Positions 38,701 through 48,881 of a stretch of 64,000 nt of DNA are shown here, in pieces. Every line of letters starts with the position of its first letter. Position 1 is the stretch's first letter. The translations under genes and the position numbers were made by a program. The notes below the pieces were generated by a model. That model was not told where the DNA came from and ran no database searches. It saw nothing but the letters and a program-made list of their open reading frames with translations. Origin of the DNA: Candidatus Spongiisociaceae bacterium (GTDB lineage: Bacteria; Actinomycetota; Acidimicrobiia; Spongiisociales; Spongiisociaceae); NCBI GenBank assembly GCA_965262915.1, contig OZ253564.1, positions 3,744,001 to 3,808,000 on the forward strand, written 5' to 3'.

Positions 38701-39684
38701 TCAAGCTGACTCCCGCACCACCAGACCGGGTGGCAGGACGATGTCGATCGGGTCGCCGCCCAGACCTCCCAACCGGCGAGCCACCAACCGGACCACCTCC
38801 TCGGCTATCTCGCGAGCCGGTATCCGGATGGTGGTGATGGCCGGGGTCACCCATTCGGTCCAGTCCGCCCCGCCATAGCCCACCACGAGCGGCCGGTCGT
38901 CCGGCCCGAACCGCGCATCCAGCTCCGAGGACACCGCGACGGCCACCAGATCACTGCCGCAGACGTACGCATCCGGCGGCTTCGACCCTTCCTGGAGTTC
39001 GGTGGCCATCGCCCGACCGAACTCACGCGATACCGGCCCCAACCGGAGCATCGTGTCGAGCCCGTCGATCGACCCCGCCGCGGCCACGAAACCCTCCAGT
39101 TGCTCCGCGCCGATGATGCTGGACGTCCCCTCCCCCAGGAAGGCAACCCGCCGGGCACCCTCGCGAACGACGAAACGCACCGCTTGACGTACCCCGGCGG
39201 CATGGTCGGTTCGCACAGCGTCGGCGGTGCTGTCCGCCGGGCCCGAGTCCACGAGGATGACCGGCACATCGTCCCCAGTGGCGTACGGTCGAACAGCCGT
39301 CGGCGCTCCGGTCCGCACCAGCAACAGGGCATCGACACGCTGGGCGACCAGGCGCTTGATGCTGTCGGACTCGGATTCGGGACTCGCTGCGCCTTCCGCC
39401 AGCACCAGCGAGACATCCGACATCGCCAGGGCACGTTCCAGGCCCCGAACGAGATGCAACACGGCGGGATAGCGACCCAGCGGCACGACCAGCCCCACCA
39501 TCGCCGATCTCTGCCGTCGCAGGGCCTGGGCGACGCGATCGGGCCGGTAGCCGAGACGCTCGACGACTTCCCGAACCCGTCTGGCCGTCTCGGGCGCCAC
39601 CGCAGCTCCTCCCCCCAGGACCCTGGAGACGGTCGCCGGCGAGACCCGAGCCGCCGTCGCCACGTCGTAGATGGTTATTCCCAC
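38701..39684 (-). CDS. LacI family transcriptional regulator
   Basis: TIYDVA..ARVSPATVSRVL, LGYRP..AQAL, PAITTI. Confidence 0.94.
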   Translation of the reverse strand: MGITIYDVATAARVSPATVSRVLGGGAAVAPETARRVREVVERLGYRPDRVAQALRRQRSAMVGLVVPLGRYPAVLHLVRGLERALAMSDVSLVLAEGAASPESESDSIKRLVAQRVDALLLVRTGAPTAVRPYATGDDVPVILVDSGPADSTADAVRTDHAAGVRQAVRFVVREGARRVAFLGEGTSSIIGAEQLEGFVAAAGSIDGLDTMLRLGPVSREFGRAMATELQEGSKPPDAYVCGSDLVAVAVSSELDARFGPDDRPLVVGYGGADWTEWVTPAITTIRIPAREIAEEVVRLVARRLGGLGGDPIDIVLPPGLVVRESA

Positions 39685-39892
39685 TCGCCCTCCTAGCCGG
39701 CATCGCAACGCCGAAGGAGCTGATGCGGACCCGATGATGGACGGACCGAAATGCCTGGGCGATCCCAGAGCGATATGCGGCCCTTGATCGACTGTAGCAA
39801 CGCTCGGATCTCGACGATCACGGTAGGATCCAGAAGCGGTAACCATCAAGCTACCAGCTACTATTGATGTGATCCGTATGACACGACCGTTG

Positions 39893-40663
39893 TCAGACGG
39901 CGGAGTAGCCCCCGTCTACGATCAGATCGGCGCCGGTGACGTAGGAACTGTCATCGGATGCCAGGAAGAGGACCGCTCGGGCGATCTCCTCGGGCTCGGC
40001 CCAGCGTCGCATCGGAATGTGGGGAAGGAACAGGGAGCGACGCTCGGGATCCTCCCATGAGGACCGTCCCATCTCGGTCATCGTGAATCCGGGGACCAAC
40101 GAGTTGACCCGGATACCGAACCTGGCGTACTGGGCCGCGGCGGTCCTGGTGAGCAACCGCACAGCCGCCTTGGAAGCGGCGTACGCAGGGGCCTGGGCTT
40201 CTGTGATGTCCGGGTAGACGGCCGCCACCAGGCCCATCACCGACGACACGTTGATGATCGACCCCGAAGCCTGCGCCTTCATCACGGGCAGAGCGGCCCG
40301 GATACCCAGAAACGTGCCTGTCAGGTTGACCTCGTTGACACGATTCCACTCCTCGAGTGGCGTGTCCTCGAAGGCGGACCGGTATCCGGTACCGGCATTG
40401 TTGACCACAACGTCCAACCGGCCGAAGCGATCCACGGTCCTCTCCACCGCGAGCCGCCAGCTCTCCTCCCGGGTCACATCGAGATCGATGAAGGTGGCCT
40501 CTCCTCCGCGTCGCGAGATGCCGGCGGCAACCCGTGTCCCCCGCCCGGTCTGGATGTCGGCAACCACGACGGATGCGCCCTCCTCGGCGAAGAGCCTGCA
40601 CTCCACGGCACCCATGCCCTGGGCTGCGCCGGAGACCAGCGCGACCTTGCCCTCGAGTCTCAC
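39893..40663 (-). CDS. SDR family oxidoreductase (hydroxysteroid/cyclopentanol DH-like)
   Basis: SGAAQGMG, VNNAG, YAASK, TGADLIVDGG. Confidence 0.93.
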   Translation of the reverse strand: MRLEGKVALVSGAAQGMGAVECRLFAEEGASVVVADIQTGRGTRVAAGISRRGGEATFIDLDVTREESWRLAVERTVDRFGRLDVVVNNAGTGYRSAFEDTPLEEWNRVNEVNLTGTFLGIRAALPVMKAQASGSIINVSSVMGLVAAVYPDITEAQAPAYAASKAAVRLLTRTAAAQYARFGIRVNSLVPGFTMTEMGRSSWEDPERRSLFLPHIPMRRWAEPEEIARAVLFLASDDSSYVTGADLIVDGGYSAV

Positions 40664-40932
40664 ATCGTCCTCCGTTCCGGTGAATCGCAATGTCCGGATG
40701 TGCGGTGCCCGAGTCCCCGGTCCGACCTTACTGCGGCAAGGCAAACCCCCGAGCGTCGACTACCGGTCGCGGCCATGCCCCGGCTCCGTGGAACCGGACC
40801 ACCCCGTGCGTTGGCCGTTCCGCATCTCAGCGGCCGGATGTCCGCCATCCTCGCGGGTAGGCCGTTCCGGCCGAGTGTCCCAAACGCAGCAGGACTACGA
40901 TCCCCGCCAGCCGGAATCTGGCGGGGTGACAC

Positions 40933-41541
40933 GTGAATAGCAAGTTCCGATCCGTTCTCGCCCTCATGCTGGCGTGTGTGGGTAGCGCATGCCAGGGCAC
41001 GGCGCCGCCGACCACCACCTCGGCTCCGCCCGCAGTCCAGTCGGTGGTCTCGACCACCACCGTGCCGGCCCCTCCGGCATCCTCTACGTCCACGACCACG
41101 ACCAGCCTGGCGGCAACGGGCCTCTCGACCACCGCCGACGGTGCTCTGAACGAAGCCGCCCAGGAGTGCAACCGGTTCACGGTCGGGCTCGACCGGTTCG
41201 TGTTCAACCGGCTGCAACCGATCCTCACCGAAGCCACGGACCTTCTGCACTCGCCGCCCGACACGCCGGACCCCGGCGAGGTGGCCGCCGGGTTGATCGG
41301 TGCCGCCGAGCAACTCGGACGGCTCGTCGAAGAGTTCGACCTGATGGGAGTTCCGCCCCGGGAGATCGTGGACCTCGTGCTCTCCATCCGGGAGGCCGTC
41401 CAGCTCTTCGCCGCGAGCTTCAACAAGGGGGCCCTCGGTTGGGAGTCGGGCGACGCGGACCTGGTACGAGAGGCCAGGGACAACACGCAGGAGGCGGCGG
41501 CCGTCCTCAACTCCTTCTTCGGCTGGCAACTCTGCGGCTGA
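40933..41541 (+). CDS. Hypothetical lipoprotein with Thr/Ser-rich linker
   Basis: Signal peptide plus GSAC lipobox, TTT-rich linker, helical domain with two Cys. Confidence 0.75.
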   Translation: MNSKFRSVLALMLACVGSACQGTAPPTTTSAPPAVQSVVSTTTVPAPPASSTSTTTTSLAATGLSTTADGALNEAAQECNRFTVGLDRFVFNRLQPILTEATDLLHSPPDTPDPGEVAAGLIGAAEQLGRLVEEFDLMGVPPREIVDLVLSIREAVQLFAASFNKGALGWESGDADLVREARDNTQEAAAVLNSFFGWQLCG

Positions 41542-41774
41542 CAGCCGGTACGGGTGGGCGCCGACCCGCTGTCGAAATCCCGCCCCGGTCGATGAGTTCG
41601 CAGCAAGGACCGGGAATCTCGGCGGCCCGATCAGACCGTTCTCCCGGCTGAAGGCTGGAGCGTCTTCTCCCCGTAGCAAAGACCAGGATCACCTCGGCGC
41701 AATCCGGCTTGCAGTGAAGGAACCGGCTCCGAAGTCCTGCCCGCCCGCTCATGCTCGGGAGTCCCACCACCAGA

Positions 41775-42042
41775 TCGCGAAAAATGCCCCTGCAGGCCCC
41801 TCCGCCGGGCCCTCCCCCACCACCACCCTGCCAGGGCTCGGAGCGCGTTCTGCCCACCCGCAAGCGGGCCATCCGGTTCCAAGAAACTCGTGATCCCTCG
41901 GGCGGTCCGATGACGTCGGTTCGACACCGCCTGGGTGTTTGGTGCCTCCATAGTGCAACAGGACTGTGACAGATTCAACCCCCTCGTGACGCGGAGTCTC
42001 CCCGACTAGGAACCTCGCACCTGCCCATGCACCTTTTCGCGA
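41775..42042 (-). ncRNA. Candidate structured RNA / mini-element with internal promoter, copy B
   Basis: Inverted homolog of 28294-28523; TTGAAT-N17-CACTAT on the minus strand; identical block at 41801-41827; same 9-bp inverted ends. Confidence 0.6.
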
Positions 42043-42147
42043 CAACCTGGCATCTAGCCCGGCCGCCGAGGGTCTCCGCGGGACTCGCCCATCTCTCCGC
42101 TGCGGTATCGTCGCGTGGATCACCGCTTCGTCTCGTCGGGAGGAAAG

Positions 42148-43071
42148 ATGGCGCTACAGGTAATGACCGTGCGAGGACCCGTCTCGCCCGATGATCTGGG
42201 CCATACCCAGACACACGATCACATATTCTCCGACATATCGTGGGCACGCCATCGCTGGGTGGCGATGCCGATGACCGACGAAGTCCAGATGACCGAGGAG
42301 GTCGGTTTCTACAAGGATGCGGGCGGGGGCACCCTCGTCGACTGTATCATGGAACACATAGGCCGCAAACCGGAGGCGATGCGCCGCATCTCGGAGACCA
42401 CCGGCGTGCACATCGTGATGGGCACCGGCTTCTACCGGGAGCCCTATTACCCCGAGTTCGTCAACAAGTGGACAACCCGCCGACTGGCCGAGTACATCGT
42501 CGACGAGATCGAGCACGGCTGGGCCGACACCGGAGTCCGTCCTGGGATCATCGGCGAGATCGGTATAGACAAACGCTGGGTGCAAGGCGTCGAGGAGCGG
42601 GTCATCCGCGCCGCCGCCCGAGCCCACCACGCCACGGGCCTGGCGGTCACCACCCACACCCCCCCGCACACGGCTCTGCTGTTCCATGAGATCCTGCAGG
42701 AGGAGGGGGTGCCGCCCGACCGGATCATCTTCGGCCACTTGGACAACACTTTGGAGATGGACGAACTGGAACGCATCGCCCAGACCGGCGCCTACATCCA
42801 GTTCGACCTGATCGGGATCGAGTGGATAAACGCCGACCACCGGCGGGCCCAGTTCCTCGCCGAGCTGATCCGTCGTGGTCACCGGGACCGGCTACTGGTC
42901 GCCCAGGACATGCCGGCCCGGCCCCGCCTGATGACCAACGGCGGGCACGGATATCGCCACCTCATCGACAACTTCCTACCGATGCTCCGCAAGGAGGGAG
43001 TCGACGAGGACACCATCCATCACATCACCCACACCAACCCCGCCCGAGTCCTAGCGGTCGACGCAAGCTGA
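42148..43071 (+). CDS. Phosphotriesterase-family hydrolase 3 (Php-like)
   Basis: TVRGPV, HDHI, GTGFY, GIIGEIG, THT, GHLD, QFD.IG, AQD, NPARVL. Confidence 0.93.
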   Translation: MALQVMTVRGPVSPDDLGHTQTHDHIFSDISWARHRWVAMPMTDEVQMTEEVGFYKDAGGGTLVDCIMEHIGRKPEAMRRISETTGVHIVMGTGFYREPYYPEFVNKWTTRRLAEYIVDEIEHGWADTGVRPGIIGEIGIDKRWVQGVEERVIRAAARAHHATGLAVTTHTPPHTALLFHEILQEEGVPPDRIIFGHLDNTLEMDELERIAQTGAYIQFDLIGIEWINADHRRAQFLAELIRRGHRDRLLVAQDMPARPRLMTNGGHGYRHLIDNFLPMLRKEGVDEDTIHHITHTNPARVLAVDAS

Positions 43072-43176
43072 GAGCCGCTCCTGGGGGGATCAGCAGCCTG
43101 CTAACGCGCCCCGGGCAGATCTGTGAACCGCATGGTCGCAACCATCCAGACCAAGGCGGTTGAGTAGTTGGATCGA

Positions 43177-43707
43177 CTAATGACGGTCGGGAAGGGCACA
43201 GACATCGAATGTGGCCATGGCGTAGCCCAGCATCGTGTAGTAGCCGACGAGAACACTGAGTTCGACCACCCCCTCGGTGCCGAGTTCGGCTTCAACGCGG
43301 GCAAACGTGGATGCGGAGAGGGGAGACGAGGAACACATCTCCCGAACCACGTCCAAGATGGACGCTTCTCTTGGCGACAGGTCTCCCGGCGTTCCGTCCA
43401 GGTGATCGATTGCCTCCGGACGCACCCCTTCCCGGCGGGCTATGTCCAGATGCGTGTCCCAGACGTACTGGCAGCCGTGTGCACGGCCGGTCGCCAGGAT
43501 GGCCAGCTCCCTCGAGGTGCCGTCCAGGCCGGATTCGAAACGGACCACGTGGCCGAGCCGGGCGATGTGTTCCGCTTGCCGGGGGGCGTGCAGAAGCACT
43601 TGGAAGGGTCGGACGAGGGTACCCCGGCTCTCCACTATCCAGTCGAACAGTCGAGCCTGCTCAGGAGTGAGCCCCTCCTTGTCGGCGATCAGGTCGATCC
43701 TCGCCAT
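43177..43707 (-). CDS. Carboxymuconolactone decarboxylase/AhpD-like protein
   Basis: ESRG...PF..LLHAP, RELAIL, YVWDTH, VELSVLVGYY. Confidence 0.85.
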   Translation of the reverse strand: MARIDLIADKEGLTPEQARLFDWIVESRGTLVRPFQVLLHAPRQAEHIARLGHVVRFESGLDGTSRELAILATGRAHGCQYVWDTHLDIARREGVRPEAIDHLDGTPGDLSPREASILDVVREMCSSSPLSASTFARVEAELGTEGVVELSVLVGYYTMLGYAMATFDVCALPDRH

Positions 43708-43832
43708 GTCTCCTCGGCCTCCTGCTCTCCGGAACGCAATTACGAGGCCCGACCGTAGCGCGCCCCGCAGGCCGCACGGGCGAAGACCGACGGGGGTAGA
43801 CTCGCCGCCGATGGACGAACTCCGGCAGACAG

Positions 43833-44654
43833 ATGGTTGCTGAACCCGATCGGATCCGCATCCTCCGCGACGACGAGAACTGTCCCGAACTTCCGATCGT
43901 CGAGCGGGGGGGCCGGGCGTGGGCGGTCGTCTGGCCGGGGGTGGGCGCCTACCTGCGTTCCATGCACCGTATCTCGCTGGATCCCGGAGGGCGGACGGTG
44001 CAACTCGAGCATCCGACCGAGGCTGTCTACTACGTGATGGCAGGGAAGGCCACCGTCGACGGCGGGGATACCCACCGCCAGGAACTCTCCAGCGGTGCCA
44101 TGACGCACATAAGCCCGGCAACGGGCTACGTACTAGCAGCCGGTGACGGCGGAGCCGAGATCGTGGGGGGTCCGTGTCCTGCCGATCCGAGCTCGTACAG
44201 GCACCTGGGGACCTTCGAAACCGTGGAGATCGAAGACCGGCCCGACAGGCAACCGCCCGGAGGGATCCGGGTATTCCATCGTGACCGTCCCACTGCGATT
44301 GTCCCCATGATCGCCAAGGACGCCCGGCTGGTGGTGTGGCCGGGTGTGGAGGCCTACACCGCCAACATGAACTACGTGGACATGCAGCCGGGCGAACGGA
44401 ATATCGAGCACGTGCATGTCGAGTCGGAGGACACGATCTACATCCTGGACGGCAAGGGGAGCATCGACGATCTGACCAACGGGTTGCGTCTGGAGTTCGA
44501 AGCAGGAGAGGCGATCCACGTGCCCGTCGGTGTGTGGCACGCCGTCTCGGGCGACCGGAACGACCACATCGAGAGCGTCGGCGGACCTTGCCCGGCAGAC
44601 TGGAACATGCTGCGGGTGGCGGGACTGATCCCCGACGCACCGAACAAGGAGTAG
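43833..44654 (+). CDS. Bicupin protein
   Basis: Two homologous halves (VVWPGV..; GGPCPAD twice); second cupin has H.H..SE...H metal ligands. Confidence 0.88.
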   Translation: MVAEPDRIRILRDDENCPELPIVERGGRAWAVVWPGVGAYLRSMHRISLDPGGRTVQLEHPTEAVYYVMAGKATVDGGDTHRQELSSGAMTHISPATGYVLAAGDGGAEIVGGPCPADPSSYRHLGTFETVEIEDRPDRQPPGGIRVFHRDRPTAIVPMIAKDARLVVWPGVEAYTANMNYVDMQPGERNIEHVHVESEDTIYILDGKGSIDDLTNGLRLEFEAGEAIHVPVGVWHAVSGDRNDHIESVGGPCPADWNMLRVAGLIPDAPNKE

Positions 44655-44659
44655 TAACC

Positions 44660-45514
44660 ATGGCCAACACCGTTTCGATAGGTCTGGTGCAGATCGGCGG
44701 CGAGCCCTTCCTGGTCGAGGAGAACCGCGAGCTCTGCTACCGCTCGGCCAGCACCGCTTTCGACCAGGGTGCCGACATCGTGATCCTGCCCGAGATGATC
44801 ATCCATGGATACACCGCCGACTGGCGAGCCCTGTCGGAGGTGGCCGAACCGGTGGACGGGCCCACCGTCAAGCAGTGGACCGCCCTGGCAGCCGACGCCA
44901 ACGGCTACGTGGTGGGCGGGTTCTGCGAGCGGGACGGCGAGGCCCTCTACAACTCGGCGGTGGCCGTGGGGCCCGACGGGATGATCCTCCACTACCGCAA
45001 GACCCATCTCTTCGCCGAGGAGAAAGTGGTGTTCCGCAACGGTGACCTCGGCTTCCCGGTAGCCCATACCAGGTTCGGAACCATCGGGCTGTGCGTCTGC
45101 TACGACCTGCGGTTCATCGAGGTGGTCAGGCTGCTGGCTCTGAAGGGCGCCGACCTCATCTGCGTGCCCACCGCATGGCTGCCCGGGTTCGACCAGGAAC
45201 GCTGGGACAAGGACGGGATGTGTCCCCAGGGACGGGGAGCGGTCCTGCAGGCCAACCTCAACCAGGTGTACATCGCCTGCGCGTCCCAGGCCGGCCGGCG
45301 TGGGGATCTCGACTTCCTGGGATCATCCATCCTGGTGGATCCGTACGGCAAACTGCTGTCCGGACCGCTGCCCGGTTCCACCGACAAGATCACGGTGACC
45401 GAAGTCGACATCGGCGCCGCCAAGCGGGCCCAGGTGCGGGGAGAGTTGATCGCGCCACGGGCCGACCGCCGAACCGACCTCTACGGCATCTGGTCGGACG
45501 GCCAGCGGTACTGA
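44660..45514 (+). CDS. Nitrilase/carbon-nitrogen hydrolase (amidase/carbamoylase-like)
   Basis: LPE, YRKTHLF, VCYDLRF (E-K-C triad). Confidence 0.93.
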   Translation: MANTVSIGLVQIGGEPFLVEENRELCYRSASTAFDQGADIVILPEMIIHGYTADWRALSEVAEPVDGPTVKQWTALAADANGYVVGGFCERDGEALYNSAVAVGPDGMILHYRKTHLFAEEKVVFRNGDLGFPVAHTRFGTIGLCVCYDLRFIEVVRLLALKGADLICVPTAWLPGFDQERWDKDGMCPQGRGAVLQANLNQVYIACASQAGRRGDLDFLGSSILVDPYGKLLSGPLPGSTDKITVTEVDIGAAKRAQVRGELIAPRADRRTDLYGIWSDGQRY

Positions 45515-45581
45515 GCGGGTCTGACAGGCCGGACTCAGCCCTCTACCATCCCCTCGTCCAACAGCATCGGAGGCACCCCGG

Positions 45582-46412
45582 ATGAGACTCGTCGACCTTT
45601 CCCACCCGATCAACCTGCACACACCCGGCTGGGTCGGATACCCAGGATCCAAGATGTATTACACCCAGACACTGCAGACCAACCGGGTGGTCTCACAGCG
45701 AGTCGAGACATCCTTGCATGTGGGGACCCATCTCGACGGCCCGATGCACATGGCCGACGGCGCCGGCGACATGGCCTCCCTCCGGCTGGACAAGCTGGTA
45801 CACGAAGGCGTCATCGTGGACGTGTCGGACGTGGTCAGCGACTGGAGCATCATCACTCCGGAGCACATCACCTCCAAGGTCGAGGTGAAGAAGGGCGACA
45901 TCCTCATCATCCACACCGGCTACCACCGCTACTACGAGGGCATGCCGGAGCAGGACCTGACCCGCTACTTCTGCATGCATCCGGGCGGTACGCAGGAACT
46001 CGCCTACTGGATGCTCGATATGGAGATCCGTTGGTGGGGTGTCGACGCCGGCTCCGGAGACCATCCGATGAACACCAGCATCCGCCACATGCGACCCGAC
46101 CTCACCAAGCGCTTCGAGGAGCATGTCGGCATGTCCGCCCTCGAGTACTTCGGCGAGTACACCTACACGCACCACAAGAGCGGGCGGATCGTCAAAGAGG
46201 ACCTGTTCCCGTTGCACTACCTGGCCTTCCCCGACGGATGCATCCACGCGGAGAACGTCGGCGGCGACATCGACAAGGTGCTCAACCAGCGCTGCATCAT
46301 CGGGGCGTTCCCGTGGAAGTTCGAAGGTGGCGAGGCCTGTCCCTGCCGCATCATCGCCTTCTTCGATGTGGGCGACGACCTGTCCGTGGAGGAGATCGCC
46401 GAGGCCCTCTGA
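45582..46412 (+). CDS. Cyclase family metal hydrolase (kynurenine formamidase-like)
   Basis: VDLSHP, HVGTHLDGPMH, GDILIIHTG, HAENV, GGEACPCRI. Confidence 0.92.
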   Translation: MRLVDLSHPINLHTPGWVGYPGSKMYYTQTLQTNRVVSQRVETSLHVGTHLDGPMHMADGAGDMASLRLDKLVHEGVIVDVSDVVSDWSIITPEHITSKVEVKKGDILIIHTGYHRYYEGMPEQDLTRYFCMHPGGTQELAYWMLDMEIRWWGVDAGSGDHPMNTSIRHMRPDLTKRFEEHVGMSALEYFGEYTYTHHKSGRIVKEDLFPLHYLAFPDGCIHAENVGGDIDKVLNQRCIIGAFPWKFEGGEACPCRIIAFFDVGDDLSVEEIAEAL

Positions 46413-46595
46413 GAGTTCGGTAGCGGAGCCGAACCCTGGAGCGGGCTCGGCCACGACCCAACGTGTGTTGTCATATCGATGGTTCTGTTTGTGGCGATAT
46501 GTGACACTTGCCTTTCGAAACGGGGCATGACCTCTCGGACCACAAGTCCCACATAACCTGGACATACCAGAGCCCTCCTAGATCGCCGAGGCGAT

Positions 46596-48881
46596 CTAGG
46601 AGGGCAGGGCGCCCGATCCCCTCCTCACCAGATCCCGGACCCGGTCCGGGCTGAGCGGGAGTCGGGTCACGTCAAGCGGGCACTCCAAGGCGTCGGCCAC
46701 GGCGTTGCCGATGGCCGCTCCCACCGCGGTGATCCCGCCTTCACCGGCCCCCTTGACTCCTAGCGGGTTGATGGGGCTGGGGGCGTCTTCGCTGACCAGC
46801 ACCTCCACCGTGGGCATCTCGTGGAGGGTCGGCATCAGGTAGTCCATGAAGCTGGCCGCCAGAGGCTGGCCGGATTCGTCGTAGACGAACTCCTCGAGCA
46901 GGGCGCCACCGATTCCCTGGGCGGCGCCTCCGTGGATCTGCCCGTCGACCAGTTCCGGGTTGATGGCCCGCCCGACGTCGTACGCCACCACGAAGCGCTC
47001 GACCTTCACCTCCCCCGTGTCCCGATCAACTCGGACCACCGCGGCATGGACACCGTACGGATAGGTCATGTGGTCTGCCTCGAACCAGCCCTCGGCGACC
47101 AGGCCGGGATCGTCATCGACGAGCCCCGGGCGTAGCCTCCGGGCAACTTCACCCAGCGTCACCGACGGGCCTTCGGGGGAACCACGTACGAACACCCGCC
47201 CGTCCTCCACAGTGAGGTCCTCGTGACGGGCCTCCAACACCGACGCGGCCACATCCAGGGCCTTCTCGCGAACCCTTCGGGATGCGATGAGGGTGGCGGA
47301 ACCGGTCATGACGGTGACCCGGCTGGCGAACGCGCCCATTCCGTAAGCCATATCGTCGGTCTGACCGTGGCGGACCCGCACCGAGTCCATGCCCACCCCT
47401 AGAGCGTCGGCGCATATCTGGGCGATGGAAGTCTCGACACCCTGGCCGATCGACGCGGCCCCGGTCACCACCACCACCTGTCCGGCCTCGTCCACCTCCA
47501 CCCTCACACCGTCGAACGGACCGAGGCCGCTCTTCTCTACAAAAAAACCCATACCGATCCCCGCAGCCTCTCCATCGGCCCTCCGCCTGGCCAGATCCTT
47601 CAACAAGTGCTCGTAGTCGAGATGATCGAGCACGCGATCGAGGATCGCTCGGTAGTCCCCCGAGTCGTATGTGACGCTGGTGCCGAGCACATCGATGCCG
47701 CGGGAGAAGGGCATGGCGTCGGCCGGTATCAGGTTGCGCCGGCGGACGGCTGCCGGATCGAGGTCCAGCCGGTGGGCGATCACGTCCATGAGTCGTTCCC
47801 GTACGAAGCTTGTCTCGTAGCGACCGGGCGCCCGGTAGGTGCCGCACGGGGTCTTGTTGGTCAGCCTGACATGACCCCTGGCGCGGTAGGCAGGCCACGA
47901 GTACGGCCCGGGCAGCAGCGAGGCGCTGAGGTCGGCAACGACCACCTCATGGGTTCGCAGGTATGCGCCCTGATCCACCCAGAACTCGTCCACCACCCCA
48001 CGCACCCACCCGTCGGGGTCCACCGCGGCCCGGATCCGATGGACCTGATCGCGGGAGTGGTTGGCGGCGATCATGTGCTCCCGCCGGTCCTCCACCCACT
48101 TGACGGGTCGGCCTATCCGCATCGCCGCCAGGCACACGAGGACATCCTCGGGGTACAGCTCACCCCGTATACCGAAACCGCCCCCCACGTGGAGTTCCCT
48201 GAGCACCAGTGCTGCCGTCGGGAGGCCCAGCATGGCGGCGATTGCAGTGCGGTTGTGATGGGGCACCTTGGCGGCCCCGAACATCTCGATCGTCGAGCTC
48301 ATCGGGTCGTAGCGGGCCAACGCGCCCCGGGTCTCCATCGGTACGCCGGAGTGTCGACCCACCCTGAAGTCCATCTCCACCACGGTCGAGGCGATGTCGA
48401 AGGCCCTCTCCACGTCCCCGTAACCCTTCTTTACGACCGCCACCTCCGTGGCGCGACCCCCGTCAAGGATCGGATCAACCGCCGGTTCGAGCTCCTCGAT
48501 GTCGATGTGAACGGCTTCGGCTGCGTCCTCGGCGAGGTACGGGTCCTCAGCCAGGACTACCGCAACCGGTTCTCCAACATACCGGACATGTCTCTGGGCG
48601 AGCACAGGCTGGCGGTAGGCGTCGACCCCCACAACCATGGGCATCCGGTAGTCGATGGGGGGAACACCGGCGATGTCGGCAGCCGTCCATACGGCTTCCA
48701 CCCCCGGTATCCCCTCCGCAGCCGAAACGTCAACGTCGACTATTCGGCCGTGAGCCACGGGTGAACGGACAACCCGAAGGTGCAGTTGGTGGGGGACGGA
48801 GAGGTCGGCTATGAACCTGGCGGCACCGGTCAGGAGGGGACGGTCCTCGATCCTTTTGACCGAACTGCCGACGTAGGTCAT
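46596..48881 (-). CDS. Xanthine dehydrogenase-family Mo-binding subunit L1
   Basis: RIED..LLTG, RSPVAHG, GGGFG.RGE, YRAPGR, GQG, GQIHGG, KGAGEGG. Confidence 0.95.
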   Translation of the reverse strand: MTYVGSSVKRIEDRPLLTGAARFIADLSVPHQLHLRVVRSPVAHGRIVDVDVSAAEGIPGVEAVWTAADIAGVPPIDYRMPMVVGVDAYRQPVLAQRHVRYVGEPVAVVLAEDPYLAEDAAEAVHIDIEELEPAVDPILDGGRATEVAVVKKGYGDVERAFDIASTVVEMDFRVGRHSGVPMETRGALARYDPMSSTIEMFGAAKVPHHNRTAIAAMLGLPTAALVLRELHVGGGFGIRGELYPEDVLVCLAAMRIGRPVKWVEDRREHMIAANHSRDQVHRIRAAVDPDGWVRGVVDEFWVDQGAYLRTHEVVVADLSASLLPGPYSWPAYRARGHVRLTNKTPCGTYRAPGRYETSFVRERLMDVIAHRLDLDPAAVRRRNLIPADAMPFSRGIDVLGTSVTYDSGDYRAILDRVLDHLDYEHLLKDLARRRADGEAAGIGMGFFVEKSGLGPFDGVRVEVDEAGQVVVVTGAASIGQGVETSIAQICADALGVGMDSVRVRHGQTDDMAYGMGAFASRVTVMTGSATLIASRRVREKALDVAASVLEARHEDLTVEDGRVFVRGSPEGPSVTLGEVARRLRPGLVDDDPGLVAEGWFEADHMTYPYGVHAAVVRVDRDTGEVKVERFVVAYDVGRAINPELVDGQIHGGAAQGIGGALLEEFVYDESGQPLAASFMDYLMPTLHEMPTVEVLVSEDAPSPINPLGVKGAGEGGITAVGAAIGNAVADALECPLDVTRLPLSPDRVRDLVRRGSGALPS

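Noticed and set aside
40736-40770. GGCAAACC resembling a c-di-GMP-I riboswitch
   Set aside because: The GNRA loop, receptor and P1/P3 elements are missing.
40902-40926. Perfect 9-bp hairpin before the lipoprotein start
   Set aside because: A single hairpin with no U-tract or second copy; function cannot be supported.
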